The position numbers were made by a program, and so were the translations under genes. A DNA stretch of 64,000 nucleotides. It comes from an uncultured Candidatus Rokubacteria bacterium (GTDB lineage: Bacteria > Methylomirabilota > Methylomirabilia > Rokubacteriales > CSP1-6). Shown piece after piece: positions 18,579 through 29,229 of this stretch (the stretch's first letter is position 1; the number at the start of each line of letters is the position of its first letter). The stretch covers positions 1,472,001-1,536,000 of the forward strand of contig CAVYTA010000006.1 of NCBI GenBank assembly GCA_963771355.1, written 5' to 3'. The notes below the pieces were generated by a model. It saw nothing but the letters and a program-made list of their open reading frames with translations. It was not told where the DNA came from and ran no database searches.

Positions 18579-20909
18579 TCAGGCCCGCTCCACCTTGACC
18601 GCGCACTTCTTGTAGTCGGGCTGACCGGAGATGGGGCAGTAGGCGTCCAGCGTGAGCTCGTTGATCAGCAGGCCTTCGTCGAAGAACGGCACGAACACCT
18701 GGCCCTCGGGCGGCCGCGCGCGCCCGTCGATCTGGGCGGGCAGCACCAGCGCACCCCGGCGCGTGACCAGGCGCACGGGCTGGCCGTTGCCGATGCCGAG
18801 CTTCCGCGCGTCGGCCGGATGCAATTCCACATACGAGGCGGGCACGGCCTGATGCAGCACGGGCACGCGCCGGGTCAGGGAGCCCGAGTGCCAGTGCTCC
18901 AGCACGCGGCCGGTGTTGAGCCAGAATGGGTACTGCGCGTCCGGCACCTCCGGCGGCGCCTCGTAGGGCCGGAACCAGATCCAGGCGCGGTGGTCGGGCT
19001 TGCCGTAGAAGTCGAAGGCGCCCTTGGCCGCGGGGTCGTACTGGCCGTTGTACCGCCACTTGGTCTCCTTCCCGTTCACGAAGGGCCACATGACGCCGGG
19101 CCGCTTCTTCAGCTCCTCGTAGGGCGCCATCTCGTGGTCCGGCCCGTGCTGGAAGCGCGAGTACTCCTTCCAGATCTCCGGGATGTGGGTGGCCTCGCTC
19201 CAGGGGAAGAGCTTCTCGAAGCCCATGCGCCGCGCGACCTCGATCATCTGCCAGGCGTCCGACATGGCCTCGCCCGGTGGGGTCAGCATCTTCTCGAAGT
19301 GCTGCGTGCGCCGCTCGGAGTTGCCCCACATGCCCTCGCGCTCGATCCACATCGCCGCGGGCAGGACCACATCGGCCACGTCCGTGGTGGGCGTGGGGTA
19401 GACGTCGGAGACCACCACGAAGCGGTCGTCCTTCTTGAGCCCGTCGCGGTAGCGGCGGAGCTTGGGCAGCGTCAGCATGGGGTTCGTGACCTGGATCCAC
19501 ACGAAGCGGATGTCCCCGCGGTCCAGCGCCCGGAACATCTCGATGGTGTTGTAGGTGGGCTTGGCCGGGATGTGCTCCGCCGGCACGCCCCAGATCTCCG
19601 CGGCCATCTTGCGCGACTTCTCGTCCGTCACCTCGCCGTGCGGCAGGCGATTGGTCAAGGTGCCGACCTCGCGCACGGTGCCGCAGGCGCTCGGCTGGCC
19701 GGTGAGGGAGAAGGGGCTATTGCCCGGGGTCGCGATCTTCCCCACCAGGAGGTGGATGTTGTAGACGAGGTTGTTGATCCACGTCCCGCGCGTGTGCTGG
19801 TTGAAGCCCATGCACCAGAAGCTCATGACCTTCCGCTTCGGGTCCGCGTAGAGCGAGGCCAGGTAGCGCAGCTCACGCGCGGGCACGCCGGAGAGGGGCT
19901 CCACCTTCTCCACCGAGTAATCGGCAGCCAGGAGCTCGCGGTATCGCTCCAGCGTGATGGTCTTTGGCTCGTCCTTGAAGGCGAACTTGTCCTCGAGGCC
20001 GTAGCCGATGTTGGTCTTGCCCTCGTGGAAGGACACGTGGTCGCGCACGAAGCCGGTGTGCACCCAGTCGTTGCGGATGATCTCGTGGCAGATCGCGTTG
20101 GCGATGGCGAGGTCGGTCTGGGGCTTGAAGAGGATACTCCGGTCGGCGGCCATGCTGGTGCGCGTCCAGCGCGTGGCCAGGTCGATGATCTTGACGTCCG
20201 GGTTCTTCAGCCGCCGCTCGAGCAGGCGGGAGAACAGGACCGGGTGCATCTCGGCCATGTTGTTCCCCCAGAGCACGAACGTGTCGGCGTGGTCGATGTC
20301 GTCGTAGCAGCCCATCGGCTCGTCCATGCCGAAGCTCGTCATGAAGCCGGTGACCGCGCTCGACATGCAGAGGCGCGCGTTGGCCTCCAGGTTGTTGGTG
20401 CCGATGGCGCCCTTCATGAATTTCGAGGCGACGTAGCCGTCGGGAATCGTCCACTGCCCCGACCCGTAGATGGCCACCGCGTCCTTGCCGTGCGCCTTGA
20501 TGGTCTCCGCCATCTTCGACGCCACGAGGTCGAGGGCCTCCTTCATGGGCACGGGGACGAGCTTGCCGTCCTTCCGCACCAGCGCCCGCGTGAGCCGGTC
20601 CTTGCCGTAGAGCGCCATCACGGAGTGATAGCCCTTCACGCAGCAGAGGCCGCGGTTCACGGGGCTCGCCGGGTCGCCCTTCACGGCGACCGCCCGGCCA
20701 TTGCTGATCCCCACCAGGAGCCCGCAGCCCACCCCGCAGAAGCGGCAGGGAGTCTTCCGCCAGGCGACGCCCTCGGGAGCCGGCGTCTGGGCCGTGGCGG
20801 TGGACGCCGCGCCGCCGGCCGGCGCGAAGAGGACGCCCGGGAACATGGCCTCGGCCGCGCTCACCGCGGCCCCGGCGGCCATGGACTTCAGCAGGTCACG
20901 TCGATTCAT
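18579..20909 (-). CDS. napA: Periplasmic nitrate reductase catalytic subunit
   Basis: Tat signal NRRDLLK; CRFCGVGC [4Fe-4S]; NARLCMSSAV Mo-ligand Cys; LTGQPSACGT; TGRVLEHWHSGS; PDYKKCAVK. Confidence 0.95.
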   Translation of the reverse strand: MNRRDLLKSMAAGAAVSAAEAMFPGVLFAPAGGAASTATAQTPAPEGVAWRKTPCRFCGVGCGLLVGISNGRAVAVKGDPASPVNRGLCCVKGYHSVMALYGKDRLTRALVRKDGKLVPVPMKEALDLVASKMAETIKAHGKDAVAIYGSGQWTIPDGYVASKFMKGAIGTNNLEANARLCMSSAVTGFMTSFGMDEPMGCYDDIDHADTFVLWGNNMAEMHPVLFSRLLERRLKNPDVKIIDLATRWTRTSMAADRSILFKPQTDLAIANAICHEIIRNDWVHTGFVRDHVSFHEGKTNIGYGLEDKFAFKDEPKTITLERYRELLAADYSVEKVEPLSGVPARELRYLASLYADPKRKVMSFWCMGFNQHTRGTWINNLVYNIHLLVGKIATPGNSPFSLTGQPSACGTVREVGTLTNRLPHGEVTDEKSRKMAAEIWGVPAEHIPAKPTYNTIEMFRALDRGDIRFVWIQVTNPMLTLPKLRRYRDGLKKDDRFVVVSDVYPTPTTDVADVVLPAAMWIEREGMWGNSERRTQHFEKMLTPPGEAMSDAWQMIEVARRMGFEKLFPWSEATHIPEIWKEYSRFQHGPDHEMAPYEELKKRPGVMWPFVNGKETKWRYNGQYDPAAKGAFDFYGKPDHRAWIWFRPYEAPPEVPDAQYPFWLNTGRVLEHWHSGSLTRRVPVLHQAVPASYVELHPADARKLGIGNGQPVRLVTRRGALVLPAQIDGRARPPEGQVFVPFFDEGLLINELTLDAYCPISGQPDYKKCAVKVERA

Positions 20910-21171
20910 GGCCGGCCTCCTCGCGGAAGACGGGAACGATGTCGCCTTCACCCACCCCCGCCACGAGCGCGAGTCCCTCGAGCGCGGGCAGGCGGGCCAG
21001 CGCTTCCTGCAGGGCTTGCTCGGCGGTCTCGTCCGGCGTGTCGGTGACGACGACGAGGAGCTCTTCGTTCACGGCGGGGATGATCTCGCAGCCGCCGAGG
21101 CCGCGCAGGGCCACCGTCAGCGCGTCGCGCTGCCCTCTTACCGGATACGCCAGATAGCTCTTGATGGGCAC
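20896..21171 (-). CDS. napD: NapD-like chaperone
   Basis: 91-aa acidic small protein (MPIKSYL..LLVVVTDT) directly upstream of and overlapping napA. Confidence 0.7.
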   Translation of the reverse strand: MPIKSYLAYPVRGQRDALTVALRGLGGCEIIPAVNEELLVVVTDTPDETAEQALQEALARLPALEGLALVAGVGEGDIVPVFREEAGHEST

Positions 21172-21387
21172 GAGACATCACCCTCGCAGGGGCGCTTCGT
21201 GAGCACGCGGCTCGCGCCCGGGTGCACGGGGATCGTGATGCCCCGGAGCGCGCTGTCCTTCGCGACCTTCACCCCTCCGGCGCTGCCCGCCCCCGCGAGA
21301 TCAGCGCCGCCGTAGGCGAATCCTACCACCTTGCGATCTCGCCGGGCCTCCGTCTCGCTCAGAAGATGTACTGGAGCGCCGCATCGG

Positions 21388-22050
21388 CTACGCGCCGAGA
21401 GCGAGCACCAGAGTCAGGATCATCCCAATGGGATAGAGCATCCGGCCCCCCCAGTTCATGCGAAGTGTCGCTGGCGTGTCCTGGCCTCTCCCGAGCGCGC
21501 TCGTCATCACCGCCTTGACCAGGCCCAGAAAGACGAGCAAGGCCGCGCCGACGAAGAACCAATCTGCTCGGGTCAGGTAAGAGATGCGAGGCAGACTGCC
21601 GGAGAGCGCCAGCATATAGGCGATCAGCGTCAGCATCGATGTCATTCCCAATCCGATTTGCTGTACCACCATCGTCGCGGGGACGAAGTAGACTCCGTAG
21701 GCCATGAGGACGATGAGGAGTAGCGGAATTCCGAGCTTCCAGGCGTAATAGGCCGAATCGCGCTTCAGATCGAGCGTGAAGTCGAAGCGAGCGAAGACGC
21801 CCGCCCGAGCGATACGGGACGACGTGGTGGCTTCGGCCGTTGCGCTCCGACCCGTCAGCCCTGAATGGAAAGGCGCTCGTTCACGCCGATGACCCGTCGC
21901 AGGGGCTGGAATACGTTCTCGGCCGCTCTGGAAGAGACTGGCCAGAGCGTGACGCTCCAACGATGCCGATCGAAGGGGAACTCACGAAAGTCCAGCGGAT
22001 AGGAGGTCTTGACCCAGAGCCGGCGCGCTAAGGTGATGACACCCTTTGCG
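21388..22050 (-). pseudogene. Pentameric ligand-gated ion channel (GLIC/ELIC-like) pseudogene
   Basis: Pro-loop YPLDFREFPFDRH at ~21960-21995, in-frame TGA at 21855-21857, a frameshift, then LKRDSAYYAWKLGIP (M1), M2, LPRISYLTRAD (M2-M3 loop) and M4; N-terminus missing. Confidence 0.75.
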
Positions 22051-22103
22051 TCCAGACCCGGACGCTGGCCGCCCCAGGAGCCGACGGCACCGCGGGGCCC
22101 TCG

Positions 22104-22371
22104 TTAGTCCTTCTTGTGCTTCAGGACCTTGCCATCCTCCGCGACGTGCACCTCGTACTGTTTGTTGTCGCGGACGTACTCAACCTCGTACACCTTCTTT
22201 CCCTTTTGGGTCTCGCGCTCGATTTCCTTGATACTGGCCCCCTTCGTTTCCTTCTCAATCGTCGCCCGGACTGGGGCCGGCACCTGATCAATCGTCACCT
22301 TGTCGCCCGCGAACACTACCGAGGGCAGTACCACCGCCGCCGCCAGAACCAGCACCCCGAAGCTTGCGCAT
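22104..22371 (-). CDS. Small secreted PepSY-domain protein (frameshift just after the ATG)
   Basis: AGGAGG RBS and ATG at 22371; signal peptide; VPAPVRATI..IERE..YEVEY..EVHVAEDGKVL PepSY pattern. Confidence 0.7.
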
Positions 22372-22769
22372 ATGTTCTGTTCCTCCTGCGGCCGATGATC
22401 GCCCAGATTCGATAGCCGCACAAGGGCGAGATCCAGCCGGCTGCCAGTTTGGTTCCAAGCACGAGTGCATCCCCGCCTCGTTTTCCAGCAATCCTAGGAC
22501 TTCACCTGCCAGTCTGCTACCTGCTACCAAACTGCTACCCAAAGGCCCCCGTCAGCCCTCCCGCAGGGTTACGCCCCGGCCGCGGATTCCAGACCCTCCT
22601 CTCGCGGGAATGCTTCGTCGCGGCGGCTCGTCGAAGGATAGTCCCGAACGCGCCGGCCGGACAAGCGCGGGGCAGATGCGCGACAATACGGCGACGACCG
22701 AAGCAGTCCTCGTCGTGCACGATTCGCTTCGCCGGCGGCTGGCGGTGCGCCGGCCCAGGAGGCCAGAGG

Positions 22770-23333
22770 ATGAGCGACGCACCCACGTTCGGACGCTACG
22801 CCGAGCTCCCCTTCGATCGGATGACGAAGGAGCAGCAGGAAGGCTACCGCTTCCTCGTCGACGGGCCGCGGGGCCGTCTCCCCGGGCCTTACAAGGTCTG
22901 GGTCCACAACCCGAAGCTGGTCCACGCGACCGCGCCGCTGGGCCAGCACTTCACGCCGGGCCAGTCCTCGCTCTCGGAGCGGGAGCGCGAGATCGCCGTG
23001 CTGGTGATCACGAGCGCGTGGCGCTCCGACTATCCGACCGCGGCGCACGAGACGCGCGGCAAGGAGGTCGGCCTGCCCTCGGCCTCCGTGGAGGCGATCG
23101 TGGGCGGGCGGCCCGCCTCGTTTACCGACGCGCGCGAGCAGGCGGTCTACGAGGTGGCGACGGCGCTGGCCGCCGGGCGCATCGTGCCGCAGGGCGTCTA
23201 CGATCGCGCCGTCTCCGCGCTGGGGCACGAGAGCATCACCGACATGATCGTGCTCATGGGCTACTACACCTGCGTCTCGCTGACGATGAACTTCTACGCG
23301 GTGCCGGCCGGGACGGCCGGCCTCGCTCGCTGA
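22770..23333 (+). CDS. Carboxymuconolactone decarboxylase/AhpD-like family protein
   Basis: GPYKVWVHNP, LSEREREIAVL, YPTAAH and LMGYY motifs. Confidence 0.82.
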   Translation: MSDAPTFGRYAELPFDRMTKEQQEGYRFLVDGPRGRLPGPYKVWVHNPKLVHATAPLGQHFTPGQSSLSEREREIAVLVITSAWRSDYPTAAHETRGKEVGLPSASVEAIVGGRPASFTDAREQAVYEVATALAAGRIVPQGVYDRAVSALGHESITDMIVLMGYYTCVSLTMNFYAVPAGTAGLAR

Positions 23334-23364
23334 GCCGCGGCTCCGGCCGCGGGGAGGACACGCC

Positions 23365-23775
23365 ATGGCTCTCACGATCACCCGGCTCCACTCCGAGATC
23401 CGCGCCGAGGTCTCGGGCGTGGACCTCGGCGCGCCGCTGGACGCGCCGACCCGGCACGCGCTGTCGCTCGCGCTCGCCGATCACCTCGCCCTCGTGTTCC
23501 ACGGCCAGACCCTGACGCCCGACCGGTTCCTCGCCGCGGCGTCGGCCTTCGGGCCGCCGATGGAGCAGCACTACTCGCAGCACAACATGCCCGACTTTCC
23601 CCTGATCGGGCTGGTCTGGCACCGGAACGGCCAGCAGCCGGCCGAGCAGTGGCACACCGACCACACCAATCGCGAACGGCCGCCCGCGGCCACCCTGCTC
23701 CACGGCGTGGAGATCCCGTCGGAAGGCGGCGGCACGAGCGTGGCGAGCATGCGCGCGGCGTACGCGCACGTCTCC
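23365..23775 (+). pseudogene. TauD/TfdA dioxygenase, N-terminal half only
   Basis: AEVSGVDL, LVFHGQTL, QWHTDH (HxD) and GGGTSVASMRAAY; homology ends near 23770 and the distal His/Arg motifs are absent. Confidence 0.75.
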
Positions 23776-23923
23776 GGACGAGCGCGGCGGCTCGAGAGGA
23801 TAGGCAACATGAACGCCCTCCGGCGGCGGGCGCCCCTGGCTTGGGTCCCGTCACCGTGCTTCGGTCCCGTCCCCGGTGACATAACCTGCCAGACCCGGCG
23901 CTGGCCGGGGCTGGAGGCGAACA

Positions 23924-26900
23924 ATGCTGTGTTCACAGTGCCAGCACGAGAACCCGCCGCAAGCAGAAGTTCTGTCGGCGAATGCGGCGCCCGCTTCGCC
24001 ACCGCCTGCCCCCAGTGTGGCACGGCACCTCCCGCCAGGAGCCAAGTTCTGCCTCGAGTGCGGCACGCGGACCGGCTAGCCGCCGAGCTCGCCGGCAACG
24101 GTTCGCCTCCCCGGAGACGTACACGCCGCAAGCACCTCGCCGAGAAGATCCTCACCTCCAAGGCCGCGCTCGAAGGCGAGCGCAAGCAGGTCACCGTGCT
24201 CTTCGCCGACCTCAAGGGCTCGATGGAGCTGCTCGCCGACCGCGACCCCGAGGAGGCGCGCAAGCTCCTCGATCCCGTGCTCGAGCGGATGATGGAGGCC
24301 GTCCACCGCTACGAGGGCACCGTCAACCAGGTGATGGGCGACGGCATCATGGCGCTGTTCGGCGCGCCGCTCGCCCACGAGGACCACGCCGTGCGGGCGT
24401 GCTACGCGGCGCTGCGGATGCAGGAGTCGGTGCAGCGGTACGCCGACGAGGTGCGCCGCGCGCACGGCGTGCCGGTCCAGATCCGCGTCGGGCTCAACTC
24501 CGGCGAGGTCGTCGTCCGCTCCATCGGCAGCGACCTGCGCATGGACTACACGGCGGTCGGCCAGACCACCCACCTGGCCGCGCGCATGGAGCAGCTGGCC
24601 GACGCCGGGCTCGATCCTGCTCGCGCCCGACGACGCTCGCAGCTGGCCGAGGGCTACGTCGCAGGTCGACGCCGCTCGGGCCCGGTGCCGGTCAAGGGCC
24701 TGGCGGAGCCGGTCGAGGTCTACGAGCTGACCGGCGCGGGCCGCGCGCGCACGCGGCTCCAGGCGGCCGCCGCCCGCGGCCTCACCCGGTTCGTCGGCCG
24801 CGACGCCGAGCTCGAGCAGCTCCGCCGGGCGCTGGAGCACGCCGGCGCACGGGCCACGGCCAGGTCGTCGCCGTCGTCGGCGAGCCCGGCGTCGGCAAGT
24901 CGCGGCTCGTCTACGAGTTCACCCACTCGCACCGCACGCAGGGCTGGCTGGTCCTCGAAGCCGGCTCGGTCTCCTACGGCAAGGCGACGCAGCTACCTGC
25001 CCGTGATCGATCTGCTCAAGAGCCTACTTCCAGATCGAGCGATCGCGACGACCCACCGCGAGATCCGCGAGAAGGTGACCGGCAAGCTCCTCACGCTGGA
25101 CCCGGCCCTGGAGCCGACGCTGCCGGCGCTGCTGGCCCTGCTCGACGTGCCCGTCGAGGACGCCGCAGTGGCAGGCGCTCGATCCGCCGCAGCGCCGCCA
25201 GCGGACGCTCGACGCGGTCAAGCGCCTGCTGCTGCGCGAGAGCCAGGTCCAGCCGCTGCTGCTGATCTTCGAGGACCTGCACTGGATCGACGCCGAGACC
25301 CAGGCGCTGCTCGACAGCCTGGTCGAGAGCCTGCCGACCGCGCGGCTCCTGCTCCTGGTCAACTACCGGCCGGAGTACCAGCACGCGCTGGGGCAGCAAG
25401 ACCTACTACACCCAGCTCCGGCTCGACCCGCTGCCGCCGCGAGAGCGCCGACGAGCTGCTGCACGGCGCTGCTGGGCACCGACGCCGACGCTCGAGCCGC
25501 TCAAGCACTTCCTGATCGCAGCGCACCGAGGGCAACCCGTTCTTCCTGGAGGAGAGCGTGCGGACGCTGGTCGAGACGCAGGTCGCTCGTCGGCGAGCGC
25601 GGGGCGCTACCGCCTGGCCCAGCCCGTCGCCGACGATCGCAGGTGCCCGCCGACGGTGCAGGCGATCCTGGCCGCCCGCATCGACCGGCTCGCCGCCCGA
25701 GGACAAGCGCCTGCTCCAGACCGCCGTCGGTCATCGGCAAGGACGTGCCGTTCGCCGCTCCTGCTCGCCATCGCCGAGCTGCCCGAGGACGATCTCCGCC
25801 GCGGGCTCGGCCCACCTGCAGGCGGCCGAGTTCCTCTACGAGACGAGCCTGTTCCCCGAGCTCGAGTACACGTTCAAGCACGCGCTGACCCACGAGGTCG
25901 CCTACGGCAGCCTGCTCCAGGAGCGGCGCCGCGTCCTGCACGCCCGGATCGTGGAGGCCATCGAGCGGCTGCTACCCGGACCGGCTCGCCGAGCACGTCG
26001 AGCGCCTGGCCCACCACGCGTTTCGGGGCGAGGTGTGGGACAAGGTCATTCGCTACAGTCGCGAAGCCGTGAAGAAAGCGCTCGGGCGCGCGGCGAATCA
26101 TGACGCGACCACATATGTCCAGCTCGCCCTGGACGCACTGCCGGGTCTGCCTGACGGCCCACGAGCCCGCGAGCTGGCCGTCGATCTTCGCCTGGACCTC
26201 TACGTGACACTCCTGCCGCTCGACCAGCTCAGGCCGCTCCTCAGCCGCCTCCACGAGGCGGAGACGCTCGCCGAGGCGCTTCGACGATCGCGAGCGGCTC
26301 GGCTGGGCGAGGCTGCACATCTGTCATGTTGGCGGCCTGCTCGCCGCGGATCTGCGCCCATGGCCGCGATCGCGCACGACGTGGTGGCGATCGCGCATGA
26401 TGTTGGCAAACGACGGATGGAGGCCGATGCCTACCAGTGGGCGGGATGCTGGGCGTACGCGCTCGGTGAGCATCGTCGCGCTGTCGATCTCCTCCTGAAG
26501 GGAGTCGACGCGCGTACCACCATCGACCCATCAGACGAGCCCACCCGGCGCGTCGGGCGATCCGGCTACGTGGCCATGTTCCTCGCCGAGCTTGGAGATT
26601 TTGACGAGGCGCAGCGAGCAGCAGAGATCACGATGCGAGCCCGCGAGACGATCGCCGGCCATCCGTGGAACCTCGTGAATGCGTCATGGCAGATTGCGTC
26701 TGCGTATGTCCTCCAGGGCAATCTCGATCGCGCCAGGCCGCTCGCCGATCAGGCCGTTGCGCTCTGTCGTCAGTGGGGATACAGGCGCTCGCAAGGGATC
26801 GCCATGTGTGTGCTGGGCCGCATCCTCTCGCTCTGCGGTCACGCGACAGAGGCGATCGAGGTGATCGAGGAGGGTCTTCGACGCACGGATGATGTCGGGC

Positions 26901-27316
26901 TGACATGGCTGCGATGCCCGGAAGTATCTAGCCTCGCGGAGGCATACCTGGCGGCTGGTCGCCTCGAGGAAGCGGCCTCGCGCACGACAGAGGCGATCGA
27001 GTCCGCGCGCGCGCGCGGCGAACGTGGCTTCGAGGCATGGGCCCTACGATTGGGGGCACTGGTTGCAATCGCCGCGGACCCACCAGATATCGCCGGCGCG
27101 ACCGAGCGTTTTCGTGAGGCACGCGATCTCGCGAGCGCCCTCGAGATGCGGCCGCTTCTGGCGCACTGCCATCTCGGCCTCGGGAAGCTCTATCGGAGCA
27201 CCGGCGCTCTCACCCATGCCCGCGAGGGACTCACGTTGGCGGCGGCAATGTACCGAGACATGAACATGCGGTTCTGGCTCGACACAGTCGACGCCGAGCT
27301 GGAGCAGCTGTCGTAA
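23924..27316 (+). pseudogene. Double-zinc-ribbon + class III adenylate/guanylate cyclase + AAA ATPase + TPR protein, multiply frameshifted
   Basis: MLCSQCQHENP, GERKQVTVLFADLKGS, GDGIMALFGAP, GEPGVGKSR Walker A, FEDLHWID, GNPFFLEE and FKHALTHEVAY spread over several frames; TPR-like C-terminus intact. Confidence 0.75.
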
Positions 27317-27388
27317 CGCATCTCGGTCGTGGGCATACCTCGCGACACGTGAGCGCAAACGAGCTGGTACTAGCCCGCGGAGGTGCTG

Positions 27389-27684
27389 ATGGCCGCGTAT
27401 GCGATTGGGCTCTAGAAGATCACTGACGTATCGTGGCGCCGGCATACCGAGCCGCAGTCGACAGCCTCGTCGGCAAGTATGGCGGCAAGTACGTGGCTCG
27501 GATCACGTCGCACTGAGAGGTTCTCGAAGGCGTGCCTCCGAACATCAACGCGATCACGATGATTCAGTTTCCCTCGATGGAGCGGGCGCGGGCCTGGTAC
27601 CACGATCTGGAATACGCACCCCTGATCATGCTTCGGCAAGGTGGGTCACAGCTGACGTTTCTTCTCGTGGAGGGCTCGGATTAG
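27389..27684 (+). pseudogene. DUF1330 family pseudogene
   Basis: GGAGGT RBS; MAAYAIGL*..KYGGKYVAR..*EVLEG..IQFPSMERARAWY..EYAPL..RQ with internal TAG/TGA and a frameshift. Confidence 0.7.
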
Positions 27685-27694
27685 GCTCCCCGCC

Positions 27695-28295
27695 ATGCCG
27701 GCCTGCCCGCGCTGCCAGACCGACAACGCGCCGGGCGCGAAGTTCTGCCAGGAGTGCGCGGCGCCGCTGGTGGCGCACTGCGCCGGCTGCGGCGTGCCGC
27801 TGCCCCCGGCCGCGAAGTTCTGCCCGGAGTGCGCGAAGCCCGTGAGCGTGGCTCGTCCCGGCGAGCCCTTCGCCTCACCCGAGACGTACACCCCTCGCCA
27901 CCTCGCCGCTCCTCACCTCGCGGCCGCGCTGGAGGGCGAGCGCAAGCAGGTCACCGTCCTCTTCGCCGACCTCAAGGGCTCGATGGAGCTGCTCGCCGAG
28001 CGCGATCCCGAGGAGGCCCGCAAGCTACTCGATCCCGTCCTCGAGCACATGATGGACGCCGTCCACCGCTTCGAGGGCACGGTCAACCAGGTCATGGGTG
28101 ACGGCATCATGGCGCTCTTCGGCGCGCCGCTCGCCCACGAGGACCACGCGGTGCGCGCCTGCTACGCGGCGCTGCGCATGCAGGAGACGGTGACGCGCTA
28201 CGCGGAGGTCGTCCGGCGGGAGCAGGGTGTCACCATCGAGCATCGGCGTAGGGCTGAACTCGGGCGAGGTGGTGGTGCGCGCCATCGGCTCCGAT
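27695..28295 (+). pseudogene. Second zinc-ribbon adenylate/guanylate cyclase, truncated
   Basis: CPRC..KFCQEC..CAGC..FCPEC and GERKQVTVLFADLKGS; near-identical to 24170-24530; ends within the cyclase domain. Confidence 0.75.
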
Positions 28296-28331
28296 CTGAT
28301 AATGCCTACGCTCGTAGAGGAGGACCTGATC

Positions 28332-29000
28332 ATGTCATCGCTCAAGCTCGATCTCGATGAGCTTCTGACCACCACGAGGGCCGTTCGCAACGGCTCGACT
28401 CGATCGGCGGTGGAGCGGGCGATCATCGAGGAGTGCCTGCGGATTGCGCTCCAGGCGCCGACCGGCGGCAACCGCCAGCAGTGGCACTTCGTCGTCGTCA
28501 CCGATCCGGGCCAAGCGCCGCGCGATCGCCGATCATGTATCGGAAGGGCTGGGCGCGTCTACCTCAACGAGCCCGACGGCCGGCGCCGAATCTCCACTAC
28601 GATGACCCGACCCGCGAGGCCGGTGCAGCGGCGGGTCGGGGGACTCGGCCCAGTACCTCGCCGACAACCTCGAGCGACGTGCCGGTCTTCCTCATCCCGT
28701 GCTTCGCCGGACGGATCGATGGGCAGCCGCGCGAGCGATACAGGCCGGCACCTGGGGATCGCTCTTGCCGGCCGTCTGGAGTTTCATGCTCGCCGCGCGC
28801 GTCCGCGGGCTCGGCACGGCGTGGACGACTGCTTCACATGCGTCACGAACGCGAGGTCGCCGAGACTCTCGGCATCCCTTACGACGCAGTTCACGCAAGG
28901 AAGCGCTGATCCCGGTCGCGCTACACGCGTGGGCGACCGATTTCAAGCCAGCGCATCGACGAGCCGCTGGGCGAACGTCGTGCACTGGGACAGCTGGTAG
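28332..29000 (+). pseudogene. Nitroreductase family protein, frameshifted
   Basis: GAGGAGG RBS; LDELLTTTRAVR, QAPTGGNRQQWHFVVVTD, GSLLPAVWSFMLAAR and VVHWDSW across several frames. Confidence 0.72.
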
Positions 29001-29229
29001 GCCGCGAACCGCGCTCTCAGGACGCGAGGAAGTCCGCGAAATACTCCTCGGTCGTGACGAGCCGGCTGGTCAGGCCGAGCCGGAACGCCTCGCCCGCGAA
29101 CATGTCGATCTGTGCTGTGGCGGGGGGCTCCTGGGGGTTCCCGAGGCGGCAGCGTGAGCGTGTGGGCGATTATGTCCCCGGGTGGGGGGCCCGCGGGGGG
29201 CGCGCGCGTCGCCAGCGGGGACTAATGTT

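Noticed and set aside
14858..21047. Long plus-strand ORFs (821 and 828 aa) opposite the nap operon, and similar antisense ORFs throughout the window
   Set aside because: Shadow ORFs expected at high GC; no motifs, and the opposite strand carries clear families
21172..21360. FNR or sigma54 site upstream of napD
   Set aside because: No convincing TTGAT-N4-ATCAA or GG-N10-GC match was found by eye
23365..25515. 716-aa TauD-adenylate cyclase fusion
   Set aside because: Chance open frame joining a truncated TauD to a frameshifted cyclase gene that has its own RBS and ATG at 23924
23924..28295. Diversity-generating retroelement TR/VR pair from the two near-identical cyclase segments
   Set aside because: No reverse transcriptase in the window and the differences are not adenine-specific; they are ordinary paralogs
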